Shown: piece after piece, positions 62,413-64,000 of the stretch | Position numbering within the stretch: the first letter of the stretch is position 1 | Layout of the letters: every line of letters starts with the position of its first letter | Position numbers and translations under genes: made by a program | Notes under the pieces: generated by a model | Seen by the model: the letters and a program-made list of their open reading frames with translations, nothing else | Databases searched by the model: none | What the model was told of the DNA's origin: nothing | Assembly (NCBI RefSeq): GCF_902713615.1 | Contig: NC_052157.1 | Span: 10,154,566 to 10,218,565, forward strand | Origin: Scyliorhinus canicula | Taxonomy: Eukaryota | DNA length: 64,000 bases | Reading direction: 5' to 3'

Positions 62413-64000
62413 GATTTGAAATAATGGGCGATAAATGTGTCTTTTGTGTGGTTGGGCCAGGATAGTAAGAGAAAAAGAAAATCTGAGCTGTTTCATCTTT
62501 TAAAAACAAATTTAGAAGTGTAGAGACCCTTTTTTAAATAAACAGAAAAAAATGTATAAAAAAATACACCATGTACAGAGAACAAAATACTATATTTTCA
62601 GTTAACTTTTGTATATAAATTCGAACTGTCTGTCTTTTAAGGTTATTTCAGTTCACTTTGTGAAAGCAGAGTTTTTACGATGTATTTGTCTGTTCTGTGA
62701 TATTACTTTTTGTATTTGTTGTTCAATGGCATTATTTCCTTCACAGTTGACATTATTTCAATTAGGAATCTTCCATTCTTGTACTTCACTGTAGAATATT
62801 CTTTCTTTCAGAAAGAACTGCGATGTCAATGGTTGACAACAATAGTAATTTTTTTTTGTGCAAAATAATTTTATTATACTTTTAAGTTATGTAAAGTATC
62901 TTGACTGTTTCCCATATCATTCCCTCTGCGTTTGCAGGAAGTAGCTTCGGAGAATGCACAGTATCGTACAATTTTTCCACAAAAAAAAGGCCATTTCCGG
63001 TAATTTTGTTTTTTTTGGGGGGGGGGTGTTTTTTCTAACCCCTCACAACTTCCACTTGAATTTAATTTTACAAAGTAGCATTTCTCAAGCATTAAGGAAT
63101 TTAAGTTGCTAATGGCGAGGAGTCATGTTTTCTGTCGCACTTTTCATTGTGATTTCTATTTTGGAAAAATCAGTCATTTTATTTCTCAATATTCCCTGAA
63201 AAGCTCTACCTGCAGAATGCCTCCGCGGTGTGTGTATTTTAAAAAATATATATGTATATTTTAAAAATTCCCTTTGTACACGTGCACTGTCCCTTGAGCA
63301 GCTGTTGAATCTTTATAACCAGCCTCCCAGGAACACTACCAGATTGGGTGTGCAAAGCTCGCCCTGTATCTGATGCCGCATGTAGCAATCCATCAACGTC
63401 CACTTTGTGTTCTTCCCAGTTGCAATTGGACTGCCAGAATTTGGGTATTTTTGGTGTATTATTGACACCAATTAACCCTTTTCATGACCATTGATTTTTT
63501 AATTCATGTTCCAATAACTTGATTTTGCTTGTTCAGTGCACTTGGAACCCTTGCCAAGTATAATATCAACCCAACTAAAATGAATGTTTTCCAGGTAGAT
63601 ATTCCAGATTCTCCCCTCTTGATGTATTCAGATGGTAACGATTCTGTCTCACCATTGAATGTATTAGAGCAGGATTTGCAACCAAGTAGTTGGAAAGTAA
63701 ACCGACTATTAAGCATACTAAAGAAGAAAATTAACATTTTTAAAAAAATCTTGATCTTTATCATACACCTCTTTTACTGTTGTGGATTAGTTCAATCAGT
63801 TTAGATTCAAGTGCACTGGAGAGATGACTTTTTAAAATGTGTTCTGTTTAGAATTGTTATGCTGAAGAGACGCCATCTGCATACAGGACCACCAAGCCAT
63901 TCAGATCAAAGAAATTCCAAGTTAAATTTCATACCGGGTGTGCTGTTAGCAGATCTTGGCTTGATATGGTAGCGTACAATAATTGGTACCTAGTGGAGTT
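62413..64000 (+). other. PIAS1: Probable PIAS1 3' UTR (AU-rich, no recognisable repeats); AATAAA at 62537-62542; true end unknown
   Basis: Follows the stop codon; U-rich, with no SINE/LINE fragments recognised, unlike the introns. Confidence 0.6.

Noticed and set aside
63529-63804. 91-aa ORF after the PIAS1 stop as an extra exon or separate gene
   Set aside because: No ATG start and no recognisable protein; lies in probable 3' UTR.
1-64000. CRISPR arrays, operons or other prokaryotic systems
   Set aside because: The sequence is a spliced vertebrate gene with eukaryotic retroelements; no regularly spaced repeat-spacer array was seen.

Overview
Vertebrate genomic DNA, almost certainly elasmobranch (shark; the repeat families suggest a catshark-like genome). 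The window holds the 3' two-thirds of PIAS1 (SUMO E3 ligase) on the + strand: 12 coding exons, equivalent to human exons 3-14, from 16193 to the stop codon at 62410-62412. All have GT-AG boundaries and consistent phases (1481 nt spliced, open throughout). Exons 1-2 lie upstream of the window, so 1-16192 is intron 2. The introns are packed with retroelements: CR1-clade LINEs (one young copy with a stop-free 773-codon ORF2 segment), a second CR1/L2-group LINE family, about 25 V-SINE/HE1-type tRNA-derived SINEs with three different 3' tails, a short fourth SINE family, Deu-domain-like SINE relics and Penelope-derived palindromes. The most unusual item is a decayed piggyBac-type transposase in intron 9, in sense orientation and missed by the ORF track. 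It has an upstream CAG acceptor in frame with PIAS1 exon 9 and a downstream AATAAA, the same layout as the CSB-PGBD3 exon-trap fusion. Other points of note: V-SINE subfamilies that appear to use different LINE partners (13-16 bp TSDs versus almost none), a perfect 70-bp locally templated inverted duplication, and a possible in-frame PIAS1-reverse transcriptase splice junction. Repeat boundaries were read by eye and are approximate; family names come from recalled consensus features, not from a database search.
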